Shown in pieces: positions 1-10,131 of a stretch of 64,000 bases of DNA. This DNA comes from a virus. The position numbers were made by a program, and so were the translations under genes. The notes under the pieces were generated by a model that was given only the letters and a program-made list of their open reading frames with translations, was not told where the DNA came from and searched no databases. Numbering within the stretch: the first letter of the stretch is position 1; each line of letters begins with the position of its first letter. Where the stretch lies: the IMG/VR virus record IMGVR_UViG_3300023174_000129, positions 19,221 to 83,220 of that record. One strand, written 5' to 3'.

Positions 1-1180
1 GAATAGTAATTTTGGAAATTGATGCATCATTTTCATATTTAAGATACAATTCTTCAAATTTATCATTATCGTAACCAAAATAATCATACAATTCAGGAAC
101 GTCATTTGCCGAAAATAATGTTATATTTTCTTTCTTCACGAATCTTGTATAAAATAATCTACACAATTGTATTGAATGGTCCATTCTTCTAACACGTGCT
201 AATTCATTACCAGCATTGTTTTTCAACACAAGTATATCCATTATTTCTTTATGCCAAAATGGATAGTGTGCTGTTGCTGCACCACCTCTAATACCACCTT
301 GTGAGCATGATTTAACAGATGATTCAAACATTTTCAAAAATGGAATAATACCAGTATGTATTTTTTCACCATTATTTACAGATGCTCCAATTGCTCTTAA
401 ACGAAAATTTAAACCGATACCAGCCCTATTTGAAATATACCTTAATACAGCATGATTAGATGCAGCAATTGAATCTAAATCGTCAGCCACGTCAACTAAA
501 ACACATGATGCAAATTGACGATTTGGTGTTCTAACTCCCGCTAAAATAGGCGTTGGTAATGAAATCTTTTGTAAAGAAAGCATTTCATAACATCTTTTTA
601 CCTTATCTAATTTATCTTCTTTAGTATAATTAGCAAAAAGAGTCATAGCAATTAAAATATACATAAACTGCGGTGTTTCATAATGCTTGCCAGTTTTTCT
701 ATCTTGCACTAAATATTTATCCATCAATTGTTGAATACCTGAATAAGTAAGGTCTTCGTCTCTTTTATGTTTGATGAATTGTTCTATTTTATCCATTTCT
801 CTTTCAGAGTATTTAGTTAAAATACCAGAATCATATACCCCTCTATCAGCATTTTCTTTAATAAAAGTTTTTAATCTTGGAAAAATATTATAAGTATTAA
901 ATACTTCTTTTCTTAAAAGAAAATTAATTAATTTAGAAGCAACATATTGATAATTTGGTGTTTCTTCTGTAATCATGTTTACGGCTGATTGAATTAGAAC
1001 TTTATGAATTTCAATAGCAGTAATACCATCATAAATCTGAAGTTTTGCATTCATAGCAACATCAGATGCAGATACATTACTAATATCATCTGTAGCCCAT
1101 ATCAGAACTTTATTTATTTTTTCATAATCCAAAAGCTCGCGCCTGTTGTCTCTCTTGACAACATAAATTTGTTTTGTCAT
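1..1180 (-). CDS. nrdA: Class Ia ribonucleotide reductase alpha subunit, 5' part (runs off window start)
   Basis: Not in the ORF track. Read manually from the ATG at 1180: MTKQIYVVKRDNRRE (ATP cone), ETPQFMY, SLPTPILAGVRT, QFASCVL, SCSQGGIRGGAAT. The frame stays open to base 1. Confidence 0.95.
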   Translation of the reverse strand, partial: MTKQIYVVKRDNRRELLDYEKINKVLIWATDDISNVSASDVAMNAKLQIYDGITAIEIHKVLIQSAVNMITEETPNYQYVASKLINFLLRKEVFNTYNIFPRLKTFIKENADRGVYDSGILTKYSEREMDKIEQFIKHKRDEDLTYSGIQQLMDKYLVQDRKTGKHYETPQFMYILIAMTLFANYTKEDKLDKVKRCYEMLSLQKISLPTPILAGVRTPNRQFASCVLVDVADDLDSIAASNHAVLRYISNRAGIGLNFRLRAIGASVNNGEKIHTGIIPFLKMFESSVKSCSQGGIRGGAATAHYPFWHKEIMDILVLKNNAGNELARVRRMDHSIQLCRLFYTRFVKKENITLFSANDVPELYDYFGYDNDKFEELYLKYENDASISKITI

Positions 1181-1303
1181 ATTTTATTATATTTTTTTAT
1201 TTCGGAAAATATCCATTAACAACCTTTGCAAAAAATTGTTAATTATATATTGATTATTTTTATATCAAAAAAATCGAATGTTGCTTTTTTTTCAAAAATC
1301 AAA

Positions 1304-2236
1304 TTATAAAAAATCTATATTATTTAATTTATTTAAATTATATTTAAATTTAGTATTATTAAGTATTTTCGTAATTTGTGTTAATTCTAAATTATAAATC
1401 TTTTCATATGAATCAACTATGATCAAATTATCATCAATTTCTATAACTACACCAGTAATTATAATATTTTGATTTATTTCATTATCAAACCAACTAAATT
1501 CAACTTCGGTTCCATTATTTATATTTCTAAATGAAACTTCTGGATTTGTGCTATATTTTCCAATATGTTCTTGTAATTCTTCAATAATTAAATTTCGCCA
1601 TTTATTATCTAATAATTTAAACATATTAAATAAATTATCTGAAAAATATACTGCTAATTCGTTAAAAAGTTCGACATTAGTGAAACTTTCATTCTTTAAA
1701 TGTGTCTTCAATAAGAAATAATAATTATTAAAATCAGATTTTGAAGGTTTTCTTCTATTATTTAAAAAATTTAATTCGGTATTATGCATTAATACCTCAT
1801 ATACTTTTTCTTTAATTCGTTTTTCTTTTATATAGTTCTCATTATCAATTGATTCAAACCAATAAAGTGAGCCTTTATCAACTTCAAAGTTTTCATTAAA
1901 ATATGATGAATTTGCTTCAAATTCATCGTCCATTAAAGGGTCTTCCTTTTTCCCCTTAAATATAGAATCATATTTTAAACTATGTTTTCCTTGTATTTTA
2001 TGTTTAGACATAACAATATCTTCATCTTCAATAACATCAGTTATATCCGAATCTAAATTATCTTCTATTGATAATTCTTCATCTTCTTCAATATTAACAT
2101 CGTCTAAAATATCATCATCAATTTCCAATATTAATTCTATATTGGAATCTTCTAATAATTCGTCCTCAATTTCATTCATTTCTTTATCATTTTCATTTGG
2201 ATCAATAGGATCGACATTATTTAGGTTATTATTCAT
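1304..2236 (-). CDS. Hypothetical protein with very acidic N-terminus
   Basis: 310-aa ORF between the helicase and nrdA; first ~75 aa D/E-rich; AAAC-N18-TATAAA upstream. Confidence 0.8.
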   Translation of the reverse strand: MNNNLNNVDPIDPNENDKEMNEIEDELLEDSNIELILEIDDDILDDVNIEEDEELSIEDNLDSDITDVIEDEDIVMSKHKIQGKHSLKYDSIFKGKKEDPLMDDEFEANSSYFNENFEVDKGSLYWFESIDNENYIKEKRIKEKVYEVLMHNTELNFLNNRRKPSKSDFNNYYFLLKTHLKNESFTNVELFNELAVYFSDNLFNMFKLLDNKWRNLIIEELQEHIGKYSTNPEVSFRNINNGTEVEFSWFDNEINQNIIITGVVIEIDDNLIIVDSYEKIYNLELTQITKILNNTKFKYNLNKLNNIDFL

Positions 2237-2320
2237 TTTAATAAAATAATTTTTTTTAAGGTTTATATTAAATTTAATAGAGGAAGTTTCTAACTATTAT
2301 ATATTAAATTTAATATTTAA

Positions 2321-3661
2321 TTAAGCATCTATAAATTGATCATTTTCCAGATTTAAGAATATAGGATTCAAATTAATTTTAATTTGTGATTTTAAAAAAT
2401 CACCATCTCTTTGTTTCAACATTTTCAATCTATAAAGATTTTGCCTTTTCATTTCTTCATTTCGTATAATTGCGAAGAAAGTATCCGCCGTTTCTGGTAT
2501 TGCTTTACTTTCTGGCACACTTTCCAAAGATATATTTGTTGCATTCCATGCTTCTTTAGCAACTTGTAATGCACTAATAACAGGAACTTTCCATTTTGAT
2601 CCAAGTGCTCTCATACCTTCTGCTAATAATTTACCTTTTGTGTAGAGTGTATCACCATTACCGTTTGATTTTGGCGGAACCATTAAAGTTAAATAATCAA
2701 CAATAACTAAATCAATTTTAATTCCTTTTCTATCTTTTAATTTTTGTAAAAAATTATCAAAATCATTTACATTAGCAGTTCCAGCCGCCCAAAATTTAGT
2801 ATAAATTTTGCCAATTTTCTTTTCAAAAAGATCAGTACCACCACCAGAAGATTTTTTTAATCCTTCAATTTTCTTTCTCATAAATTCCGTATCTAATGAT
2901 ATTGTATCATAATCATTAACAGGAATCTTTAATCTCATAGCACCAACCCTTTTTAATACTTTTCTTTCAGACATCTCTAATGTGATATACAATACATTAT
3001 ATCCTTGATTTGCCGAAGCAACTGCTAAATTCTGCATCCATAATGATTTACCAGAATTTGTTTCACCCATTAGCATATTTAATGTTCCTATATCCCATCC
3101 ACCACCTAACATATGATCAAGCGTTGAAAATCCTGATTTTATTTTAAATTTGGATGAATCTTGAACATGTGCCTCAACATCATCAAAATCAGAACCCATA
3201 TCATCGCCATCGTTAATAAAATTAACAGAAGACATATTATCCACTATTTCTTTTATTTTTTGAGCTGTTTCATATGTAGTTTCAAAATCATTAATAGTAT
3301 CTAAATTTCTTGTTTCTTCAACAATATCAACTGTACCCGCTTTTAAACGATTCGATAAAATCCAAGCATTAAATCTTGGTATAATAAAATTAACTTCATC
3401 ATATTCTCCTAAATCAACCGTAAGCATACTTTTAAGCATATCACGAGTGATTAATCCATCTTTATCATCAAGATTAACCATTTCTAATATTTGTTTTGGA
3501 GATGGAAGTTCAATATCACTGTCAGTTAGCATATATTTTCTAATGACGGTGTAAACAAATTGAATCTCATTATTCTTGAAGAAAAATGGTTCAATTAAGT
3601 GGAAAAATTTTTTATTTTGCAGTATATAGCCAAAAAATATCTTTTCAATGCCGATTGTCAT
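2321..3661 (-). CDS. Replicative DnaB-like helicase (T4 gp41-like)
   Basis: SGFSTLDHMLGGG, Walker A GETNSGKS, YITLEMSE, Walker B VIVDYL, SALQ, KQRDG motifs. Confidence 0.93.
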   Translation of the reverse strand: MTIGIEKIFFGYILQNKKFFHLIEPFFFKNNEIQFVYTVIRKYMLTDSDIELPSPKQILEMVNLDDKDGLITRDMLKSMLTVDLGEYDEVNFIIPRFNAWILSNRLKAGTVDIVEETRNLDTINDFETTYETAQKIKEIVDNMSSVNFINDGDDMGSDFDDVEAHVQDSSKFKIKSGFSTLDHMLGGGWDIGTLNMLMGETNSGKSLWMQNLAVASANQGYNVLYITLEMSERKVLKRVGAMRLKIPVNDYDTISLDTEFMRKKIEGLKKSSGGGTDLFEKKIGKIYTKFWAAGTANVNDFDNFLQKLKDRKGIKIDLVIVDYLTLMVPPKSNGNGDTLYTKGKLLAEGMRALGSKWKVPVISALQVAKEAWNATNISLESVPESKAIPETADTFFAIIRNEEMKRQNLYRLKMLKQRDGDFLKSQIKINLNPIFLNLENDQFIDA

Positions 3662-3713
3662 AAATTAATATAAATAATTTTAATAGTTATTATATTACTT
3701 CATGATTTTTAGT

Positions 3714-4301
3714 TTATTTCGAAAACTCATTTATCGTCATGACCTTTGAGGCTTGTGATATATTTTTATTATTAACAATGTCTTTGTCTTTCAAATATGT
3801 AGTAATAACTTCTAAATCAGATAAACCAACTTTATTTTTCTCTACAAAAGATAATACGGAATCTAATGAGTTGGCTAATTTTAATATGGATTTGAAACAA
3901 TTTGATAAGTTTTTAACTATATTATTTCCAACACCATTTAATTTAAGTTCCTCTAAAATAGATTTAATTTCTTTTTCAAAATCTTCTTTCTTAAATTTAT
4001 TATCAATTAAAAATTTACTATTATTTAATTGAGACGCTGAAAATCCAGCCACACACAACAAAGTAATTATTTCTTCGTTTGCTTCAATATTAAGATTTGA
4101 ATTTTTAACTAATTCTTCCGTAATTTTTTCTAAAATACCTAATTTATCTTCATTATTTGTAATAAAGATTTTATGTATTTTTAATTTATCTAAATAAGTA
4201 TTTTTTGGTAATGAAAATTTATTCTTTTCCAAAACCGTATCTAATAAATATGATATAAAATTAGTAGCTAATTCAATTTGTCTATAATTTAAAAGTCTCA
4301 T
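3714..4301 (-). CDS. Hypothetical protein
   Basis: 195-aa ORF with TAATATATA immediately upstream. Confidence 0.7.
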   Translation of the reverse strand: MRLLNYRQIELATNFISYLLDTVLEKNKFSLPKNTYLDKLKIHKIFITNNEDKLGILEKITEELVKNSNLNIEANEEIITLLCVAGFSASQLNNSKFLIDNKFKKEDFEKEIKSILEELKLNGVGNNIVKNLSNCFKSILKLANSLDSVLSFVEKNKVGLSDLEVITTYLKDKDIVNNKNISQASKVMTINEFSK

Positions 4302-4330
4302 TAATTATATATTAAATTAATATATAATAA

Positions 4331-5005
4331 ATGAAAACTTTTATAGAATTTATAAACGAATCTTTATCACATCTTCGAAATTTTTTAATAAAAAATTTCG
4401 AAGATGAGGAATATTACTTCAGAAGTGGAACTCTTTATTTAAGAATAAACAGATTTAATTATGAAAAAATTTTAAATATAATTAAAACTATTGAAAAAAC
4501 ATATAAATATTTTTTATCTGGCTACCATACAGGACATTATGAAAATGATGGAGAAGATGTAGATTTTAACGAATTTAGGCGAGATATCAATAAGATAGTT
4601 AAAAATTTAATAAAAGAAACAGAGTTAGAAGATTCGAATGATGAATTAATAACACTACATTTTGAACCTTATTATGGTGATAAGATTTATGATATACCTG
4701 ATATATTATATCATGTTACAGATGAATATAATATTCATAATATTAAATCGAAAGGTTTAATACCAAGGAATACTAACAAAATATCTTATCATCCAAAAAG
4801 AATTTATCTTTTAAAAGATAAAAAAGATGCAGATATGCTAATACAAAATGTAAATTTTGATGTTGATTTTCCAGTAATATTAACAATTGATGTTAGTAAA
4901 ATAAAATCAAATTTAAATTTTTATTCCGATGTAAATTATCCAAATGGTTTATTTATAGATCAAAGAATTAGCCCAAAATATATAATTAATTATGAAGAAT
5001 ATTAA
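4331..5005 (+). CDS. ADP-ribosyltransferase-fold protein (KptA/Tpt1-like C-terminal domain) with CTS-like leader
   Basis: N-terminus MKTFIEFINE; C-terminal LYHVT..NI.NIKSKGLIP...RIYL...ILTID pattern typical of the KptA/ART NAD-binding fold. Confidence 0.65.
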   Translation: MKTFIEFINESLSHLRNFLIKNFEDEEYYFRSGTLYLRINRFNYEKILNIIKTIEKTYKYFLSGYHTGHYENDGEDVDFNEFRRDINKIVKNLIKETELEDSNDELITLHFEPYYGDKIYDIPDILYHVTDEYNIHNIKSKGLIPRNTNKISYHPKRIYLLKDKKDADMLIQNVNFDVDFPVILTIDVSKIKSNLNFYSDVNYPNGLFIDQRISPKYIINYEEY

Positions 5006-5034
5006 AAAACCTGTTAAAAATAACAGGTTTTATT

Positions 5035-6702
5035 TTATTTAGAATTTATATTAATTATCGATTCTAAAAACCACGAAGGAAAATAATGACTAGAATTTCG
5101 CAAAACATCTCCAAAACAAGAATCAATTATTATCGTATCGGCATAATCTGTATGCGAACGAACCGAACGACCAGACATTTGAATTAAATCAGCAACCGTT
5201 TTATATGTATAATACTCTGGATATATTTTTTGTCTCATTTTATTTTTCTGCGATGCCAAAGAAGGATAAGGTATTTTTGATATTACCTGAAATCTACTTC
5301 TATCATGATCAAAACTAACACCAGTAGAAACAGAAGGACTAACTAAAATGGTTGGCTTTTCAGATTCAAAATGCATTTTTATAATTTCCTCTTTATTTGA
5401 CGAACTATGAAATAATAATCGTTTATCTTTAACCGAATCTTCTATCCATTTTGCTAACTCAAATGAATTAGTATGTATAATACCTTTTACATCGGAATAT
5501 TTCTTTAATAATTTCTTGAAAAATGGTATATAATTCTTAAAAGTATCCTCTTTTTTAGTATATGACATTTTACCGAGTGGCATATAATAAACCTTTCTAT
5601 TCTCCATAGGAAATGGCGATGGTGCTGAATAATAAACCGATCTATCAATATCAATTCCATTAAGTGTAGAAAATATATTTTTATCTAAAATTGTTCCAGA
5701 CATTAAAATTACCATATCATAATTGTCCCAAACATATTTTTTCAAATAATCTTTTGCCCATATTGGTTCCAATGATAATTCATTTATTTTGCTTTTTTCA
5801 TTATATTGTGATTCAACGACCCAATTTGTAGGATTTTCGTCATATTCCTTTATAAAAACATCTATTTTTGTTGAATACTGTCGCAAATCTGTCACTAACT
5901 GCATGAATTTAATATCTTCTGATTCTATATCAAGAACAGAATTAATTTTCATATCTCTCATATCTTTTTTACCAGAATAAGATGTGCCACGACCAGACGA
6001 TAAAGCTGCTTCAATTTCAGCCATAGTTTCTTGTATCTGAATCAAAAAATACCTTAAAAAATCAATATAAGTTTCTATATTTACTACATTTTTTAATTCT
6101 TTAATAATTTCTACCTCATTAAAAAAATGAAACTTCTTTATTATTGTTTCTGTTATCTTAATAGAAATAAAATCTGACATTACATCATCCATTAAATGGC
6201 ATTCATCAACAATTAACAATCTTGAATCTCTATCTTTTAACATAGAATGCCCATAAATAGCATTAATTAAATAAAGATGGAAATTAGTTAAACTAACCTC
6301 GGAAAACATATATTGTTTTTTAGCAAAATCATGAGGACAAAATTCACATTTAGTTTTATTTAACCTATTAAATTCTTTACCTTTTTCGCAAGAACATGCA
6401 TATTGCACACAATTATAATTATCTTTACCTCTTAAAGATTTAATCTCATCATAAGTGGTTTCATATTGATCTTGAAGTATTTTACCAGCAGTAATTATAT
6501 CAACCTTTGCACCAGGCAAAACATGTGTTGTTATATAATCAGACACCATAACAGCAAAATGCGATTTTCCAATTCCAACCGCCATATTAAATAAGAAAAA
6601 CTTATTATCAGGCTTTTTATCTATAACCTTTTTAAGATATTCAAGAGCTTTGTTCTGCTCAATTCTGGGCGTATATTTAATTAAATCTTTTTTTATTGAC
6701 AT
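5035..6702 (-). CDS. DinG/Rad3-like SF2 helicase
   Basis: AVGIGKS, LQDQY, LRGKDNY plus Cys cluster, DECH, MSGT, KIPYP, QMSGRSVRS motifs. Confidence 0.9.
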   Translation of the reverse strand: MSIKKDLIKYTPRIEQNKALEYLKKVIDKKPDNKFFLFNMAVGIGKSHFAVMVSDYITTHVLPGAKVDIITAGKILQDQYETTYDEIKSLRGKDNYNCVQYACSCEKGKEFNRLNKTKCEFCPHDFAKKQYMFSEVSLTNFHLYLINAIYGHSMLKDRDSRLLIVDECHLMDDVMSDFISIKITETIIKKFHFFNEVEIIKELKNVVNIETYIDFLRYFLIQIQETMAEIEAALSSGRGTSYSGKKDMRDMKINSVLDIESEDIKFMQLVTDLRQYSTKIDVFIKEYDENPTNWVVESQYNEKSKINELSLEPIWAKDYLKKYVWDNYDMVILMSGTILDKNIFSTLNGIDIDRSVYYSAPSPFPMENRKVYYMPLGKMSYTKKEDTFKNYIPFFKKLLKKYSDVKGIIHTNSFELAKWIEDSVKDKRLLFHSSSNKEEIIKMHFESEKPTILVSPSVSTGVSFDHDRSRFQVISKIPYPSLASQKNKMRQKIYPEYYTYKTVADLIQMSGRSVRSHTDYADTIIIDSCFGDVLRNSSHYFPSWFLESIININSK

Positions 6703-6881
6703 ACTATTTATAGTATTAAAAAATTAGAATGTTTTTTCTCATTTATTAAGCAATATCAAACTTATCCGGGTTGAAAATATTATAATGTGATTCCTTAAAT
6801 ATATTTTCCTGTATGATATAATGCATAAGCAAATTTACAAAAAATAATTCAATTTACAAAATATCATTTAATATATAATAA

Positions 6882-7682
6882 ATGAAATATATTAAACTTT
6901 TTGAAAATTATAATAAAGATAGAAGTGGAATCACATTCACGGATGAAGTTACTAATGCTTATTCTGGACAAGTTAATTGCACAAGCACAATCTCAAAAAA
7001 TGGTAAATTTATTGGATATGTTGATTATGTTTTATATGATAATGAATTAACAGTTAGTTATATTTCAATAGATGAAAATGAAAGAAGATTAGGTTATGCT
7101 TCGCTATTAATGAATCATATAAGAAAAATAAATCCAAAATATACATATAAACCTTCATATACAACAGATTTAGGAAATCAATTCAAAGAAAAAGATTATA
7201 TGATATATTATCATGGTGGCGATTTAGATAAAAATTTCAAATATCATAAAAAAGGAAGATATGAATATGGCGTTGGTTTATATGCAACAGAAAGATTAGA
7301 TACAGCTATGTTATATAAAAAAGGTGGTGGTAGAAAAATATATCAATTAATAGTCGAAAAAGGTAATGATATAAATGATGTTAAATTTGATACAGATAAA
7401 TGCATTGAATTTATCAAATATTATGCTAAAGCCGATAAAAAGAAAGAATTAATAGAAATAATAAATAAAAAAAGCCAAGAAAATAAAATTCCAGGCTATT
7501 TCTTTCAAAATATGATTTTAAATCACGAAGCCATAACAGCTACCAAAACAATACTTTTAAGGAACTTTTTAGTTAAAAATGGTGCAGATTATGAAATACA
7601 CGATAAAACATTTGGATTCCATGAAAAAATGATTGTAATATTTAATATGGATAAAATTGCAAAAACTATTCAAATTAGATAA
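6882..7682 (+). CDS. GNAT plus ART-like two-domain protein with CTS-like leader
   Basis: Leader MKYIKLFE; acetyl-CoA motif RRLGYAS; second domain YYHGG...YGVGLYAT...A..Y resembling ART domains of polyvalent proteins. Confidence 0.6.
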   Translation: MKYIKLFENYNKDRSGITFTDEVTNAYSGQVNCTSTISKNGKFIGYVDYVLYDNELTVSYISIDENERRLGYASLLMNHIRKINPKYTYKPSYTTDLGNQFKEKDYMIYYHGGDLDKNFKYHKKGRYEYGVGLYATERLDTAMLYKKGGGRKIYQLIVEKGNDINDVKFDTDKCIEFIKYYAKADKKKELIEIINKKSQENKIPGYFFQNMILNHEAITATKTILLRNFLVKNGADYEIHDKTFGFHEKMIVIFNMDKIAKTIQIR

Positions 7683-8665
7683 TTAATATAGTTAACTTCA
7701 TTAGTTCCTTCAATTATTTCACCAATTTCATAAGCATTAATTCCATATTCTATTGAATCTGATATTATCGCATTTGCATGCATTTCATCAACAACTAAAA
7801 CCATGCCAACACCACAATTAAATGTTCTTAACATCTCAACATCATTTAAATTAGCTGCTTCTTTAATTAATTTAAATACTGGTAATATATCAATTTTATC
7901 TAAATAGATATTTGCATCTACATTATTTAATATTCTATTTAAATTTTCTTTAATACCACCACCTGTTATATGAGCCATTCCATTTATATTATATTTTAAT
8001 AATTCTTTTACTAAATTATAATAACAAGTATGTGGTTTCAATATCGCTTCTAAAAAATTATCATCATTTATAATAGGTATTAATTTTCTAATTAATGAAT
8101 AACCATTTGTATGCGGACCATTTGATGCTAAAGCAATTATTTTATTACCAATTTTAATATTAGAACCATCAATTATTTTATCTCTTTCAATAATTCCTAT
8201 AATACTTGATGTTAAGATATAGTTTCCCGAAGATAACACACCTGGTTGCTCAGATGTTTCACCACCAATTAAATTACATCCTTGTGCTTTACAAGCATCT
8301 GACATACCTTTAACTAATCTTTTAATAATATCTGGTTGTAATTCACCACATATTATAGCATCTTGAACAACTAAAGGTGTAGCTCCCATAACGATAATAT
8401 CATTAATTAAATGGTTAATCATATCATAACAGATAGATTCAACTTTATTATTATCAATTGCTAATTTTTGTTTTGAACCAGGTTCTTCTGTTTTCATAAC
8501 AAGAATTGGATCTTTGTAATTATTTAACCCTAAATCAATTAAAGATGCAAAGGCACCTACTTTATTCAAAACTTTTTTATTATCAGTATCTAATATAGAT
8601 TTCATTTCAGTTTTAACACTATTCGCTTTATCTATATTTACACCCGAATCTTTGTATGTAATCAT
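7670..8665 (-). CDS. purM: Phosphoribosylformylglycinamidine cyclo-ligase (AIR synthetase)
   Basis: YKDSGVNI, LIGGETSEQPG, SNGPHTNGYSLIRK, AHITGGG, RTFNCGVGMV. Confidence 0.95.
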   Translation of the reverse strand: MITYKDSGVNIDKANSVKTEMKSILDTDNKKVLNKVGAFASLIDLGLNNYKDPILVMKTEEPGSKQKLAIDNNKVESICYDMINHLINDIIVMGATPLVVQDAIICGELQPDIIKRLVKGMSDACKAQGCNLIGGETSEQPGVLSSGNYILTSSIIGIIERDKIIDGSNIKIGNKIIALASNGPHTNGYSLIRKLIPIINDDNFLEAILKPHTCYYNLVKELLKYNINGMAHITGGGIKENLNRILNNVDANIYLDKIDILPVFKLIKEAANLNDVEMLRTFNCGVGMVLVVDEMHANAIISDSIEYGINAYEIGEIIEGTNEVNYINYLI

Positions 8666-8667
8666 AT

Positions 8668-9093
8668 TTAATTTTCTTTTAACATCATAACAGGATTACC
8701 ACCAGACATTCCTATTATTTCAAAACCATATCCCTCATACCACTTAACTAAATCAAATTTATTGTCTGCCAATAAATCAGCTATTAATATAATAGATTTA
8801 GCTTCTGACGCAGCATCAAGGAATGTTTCCATAGCTTCATTACCATATCCTCTATTTCTATAATCTGATTCAACATTTATATTTTTTAATATAGCAACTG
8901 GAAATTCGATTAAATTTTCATCAATATTTAATTTAACTCTTTCAAGATAAAGCCAATTATCTAAATATTCTTTTTTAAAATGTATAATACCATGCACCTC
9001 GCCGATATATTCGTCTTCAGAAATAGGTATATCAATAACTATTGATTCTTCATTTGATTCTTCATAAGATTCAAAATATTTTAAATACTTCAT
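8668..9093 (-). CDS. GNAT acetyltransferase with CTS-like leader
   Basis: Leader MKYLKYFE; YRNRGYG and WYEGYGF motifs. Confidence 0.8.
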   Translation of the reverse strand: MKYLKYFESYEESNEESIVIDIPISEDEYIGEVHGIIHFKKEYLDNWLYLERVKLNIDENLIEFPVAILKNINVESDYRNRGYGNEAMETFLDAASEAKSIILIADLLADNKFDLVKWYEGYGFEIIGMSGGNPVMMLKEN

Positions 9094-9122
9094 GTAATTA
9101 TATATTTATATAATAAATAGGA

Positions 9123-10103
9123 TTAATCTATTTTTTTCTTCTCCCAAAAAATTGGATATTCTTTTTTTCTTAAAGTAATACTTTCTCCTATAATATTTTC
9201 TATAATTACCGTCTGTTTATTTCTCTTCAAAAGTTTATAATCTAAATAAATATCACCTTCTTTAATTTTAAAAGAATTATTTAATACCTTATCTTTTTCT
9301 TCTTTAAATTTAAAAATATATTTTTTTGGAGTTTTTACTATACCTCTACAAGTTTTGCCAATTAAAGATTCGGAAATATTTAATTCAATAGATGCTTCTT
9401 TTATTGAATTAAATTCTTTTATAAACTCACCATCTATTGAAAATTGTAAAACTTTTTTACTATTAAATTCTGCACTCTTTTTGGACATAGCCGTTTGAAC
9501 AACAGCTGCATTTCTTTTATCCTTTATCTTTTGTATAGTTTCCAAATCGTGTTTTCTACCAAACATAGGATGTTTTAGTCCAGAAACTCTTATTGATTGT
9601 TCCTCTTTAACTTTTTCTGTATGGGGTTTACCAAACATAGGATTGTTTTCTCCTTTATTTATTTCTTTTAATTTTTCTTTTGTTTCTTCGGTATGTGCGT
9701 TATGTAGATTTTGAGATTTTTTAGTTTTTGAAATTTTCAATTTAGTTTCTTTGGAGTGTGGAGAAGTTAATCTTCCATCACCACCATCAGTTAAATTAGT
9801 CAAAGGACCTTTATTCAAATCTCTTCTTCCGATTTTTGAAATTAATTGTTTTTCTATTTCTAGTGCTTCTAAATTTTCTAAATTTTCGAATAATTTAAAT
9901 CTTATAACATTACCACCTTTTTCTTTTATTGACTTTATTTTACTGCTTTTAAAAACACCTTTAGTGCACATAGAGTTTATTATTCTATCATCACTTCCTT
10001 TTCCTATATAAAAAGGTTCATAATCAAATTCTAAATCTTCATAAATAAACTTACCAGATTTAGTATCATCTAAAAATACATAAATATAATATTTCTTTCT
10101 CAT
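9123..10103 (-). CDS. GIY-YIG (LEM-3-like) homing endonuclease with NUMOD3/NUMOD1 repeats
   Basis: YYIYVF...FYIGKG, LTNLTDGGDG, HSKETKLKIS, NPMFGKPH, EFNSIKEAS. Confidence 0.88.
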   Translation of the reverse strand: MRKKYYIYVFLDDTKSGKFIYEDLEFDYEPFYIGKGSDDRIINSMCTKGVFKSSKIKSIKEKGGNVIRFKLFENLENLEALEIEKQLISKIGRRDLNKGPLTNLTDGGDGRLTSPHSKETKLKISKTKKSQNLHNAHTEETKEKLKEINKGENNPMFGKPHTEKVKEEQSIRVSGLKHPMFGRKHDLETIQKIKDKRNAAVVQTAMSKKSAEFNSKKVLQFSIDGEFIKEFNSIKEASIELNISESLIGKTCRGIVKTPKKYIFKFKEEKDKVLNNSFKIKEGDIYLDYKLLKRNKQTVIIENIIGESITLRKKEYPIFWEKKKID

Positions 10104-10131
10104 AAAATATATATTAAAAGACTTTGCTTCC

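Noticed and set aside
1004-1219. Plus-strand 71-aa ORF and similar short antisense or out-of-frame ORFs (3739, 5789, 9751, 14947, 18700, 20911, 21029, 24717, 25311, 28149, 33394, 35876, 40389, 43542, 43607, 50676, 52579, 53437, 53784, 54206, 54552, 55046, 58829, 59549, 63535)
   Set aside because: They overlap well-supported genes and show no motifs; treated as shadow ORFs.
9094-10131. Group I intron carrying the homing endonuclease inside the DNA polymerase gene
   Set aside because: Only about 30 bp of flank on each side, no intron core, and no downstream polymerase exon.
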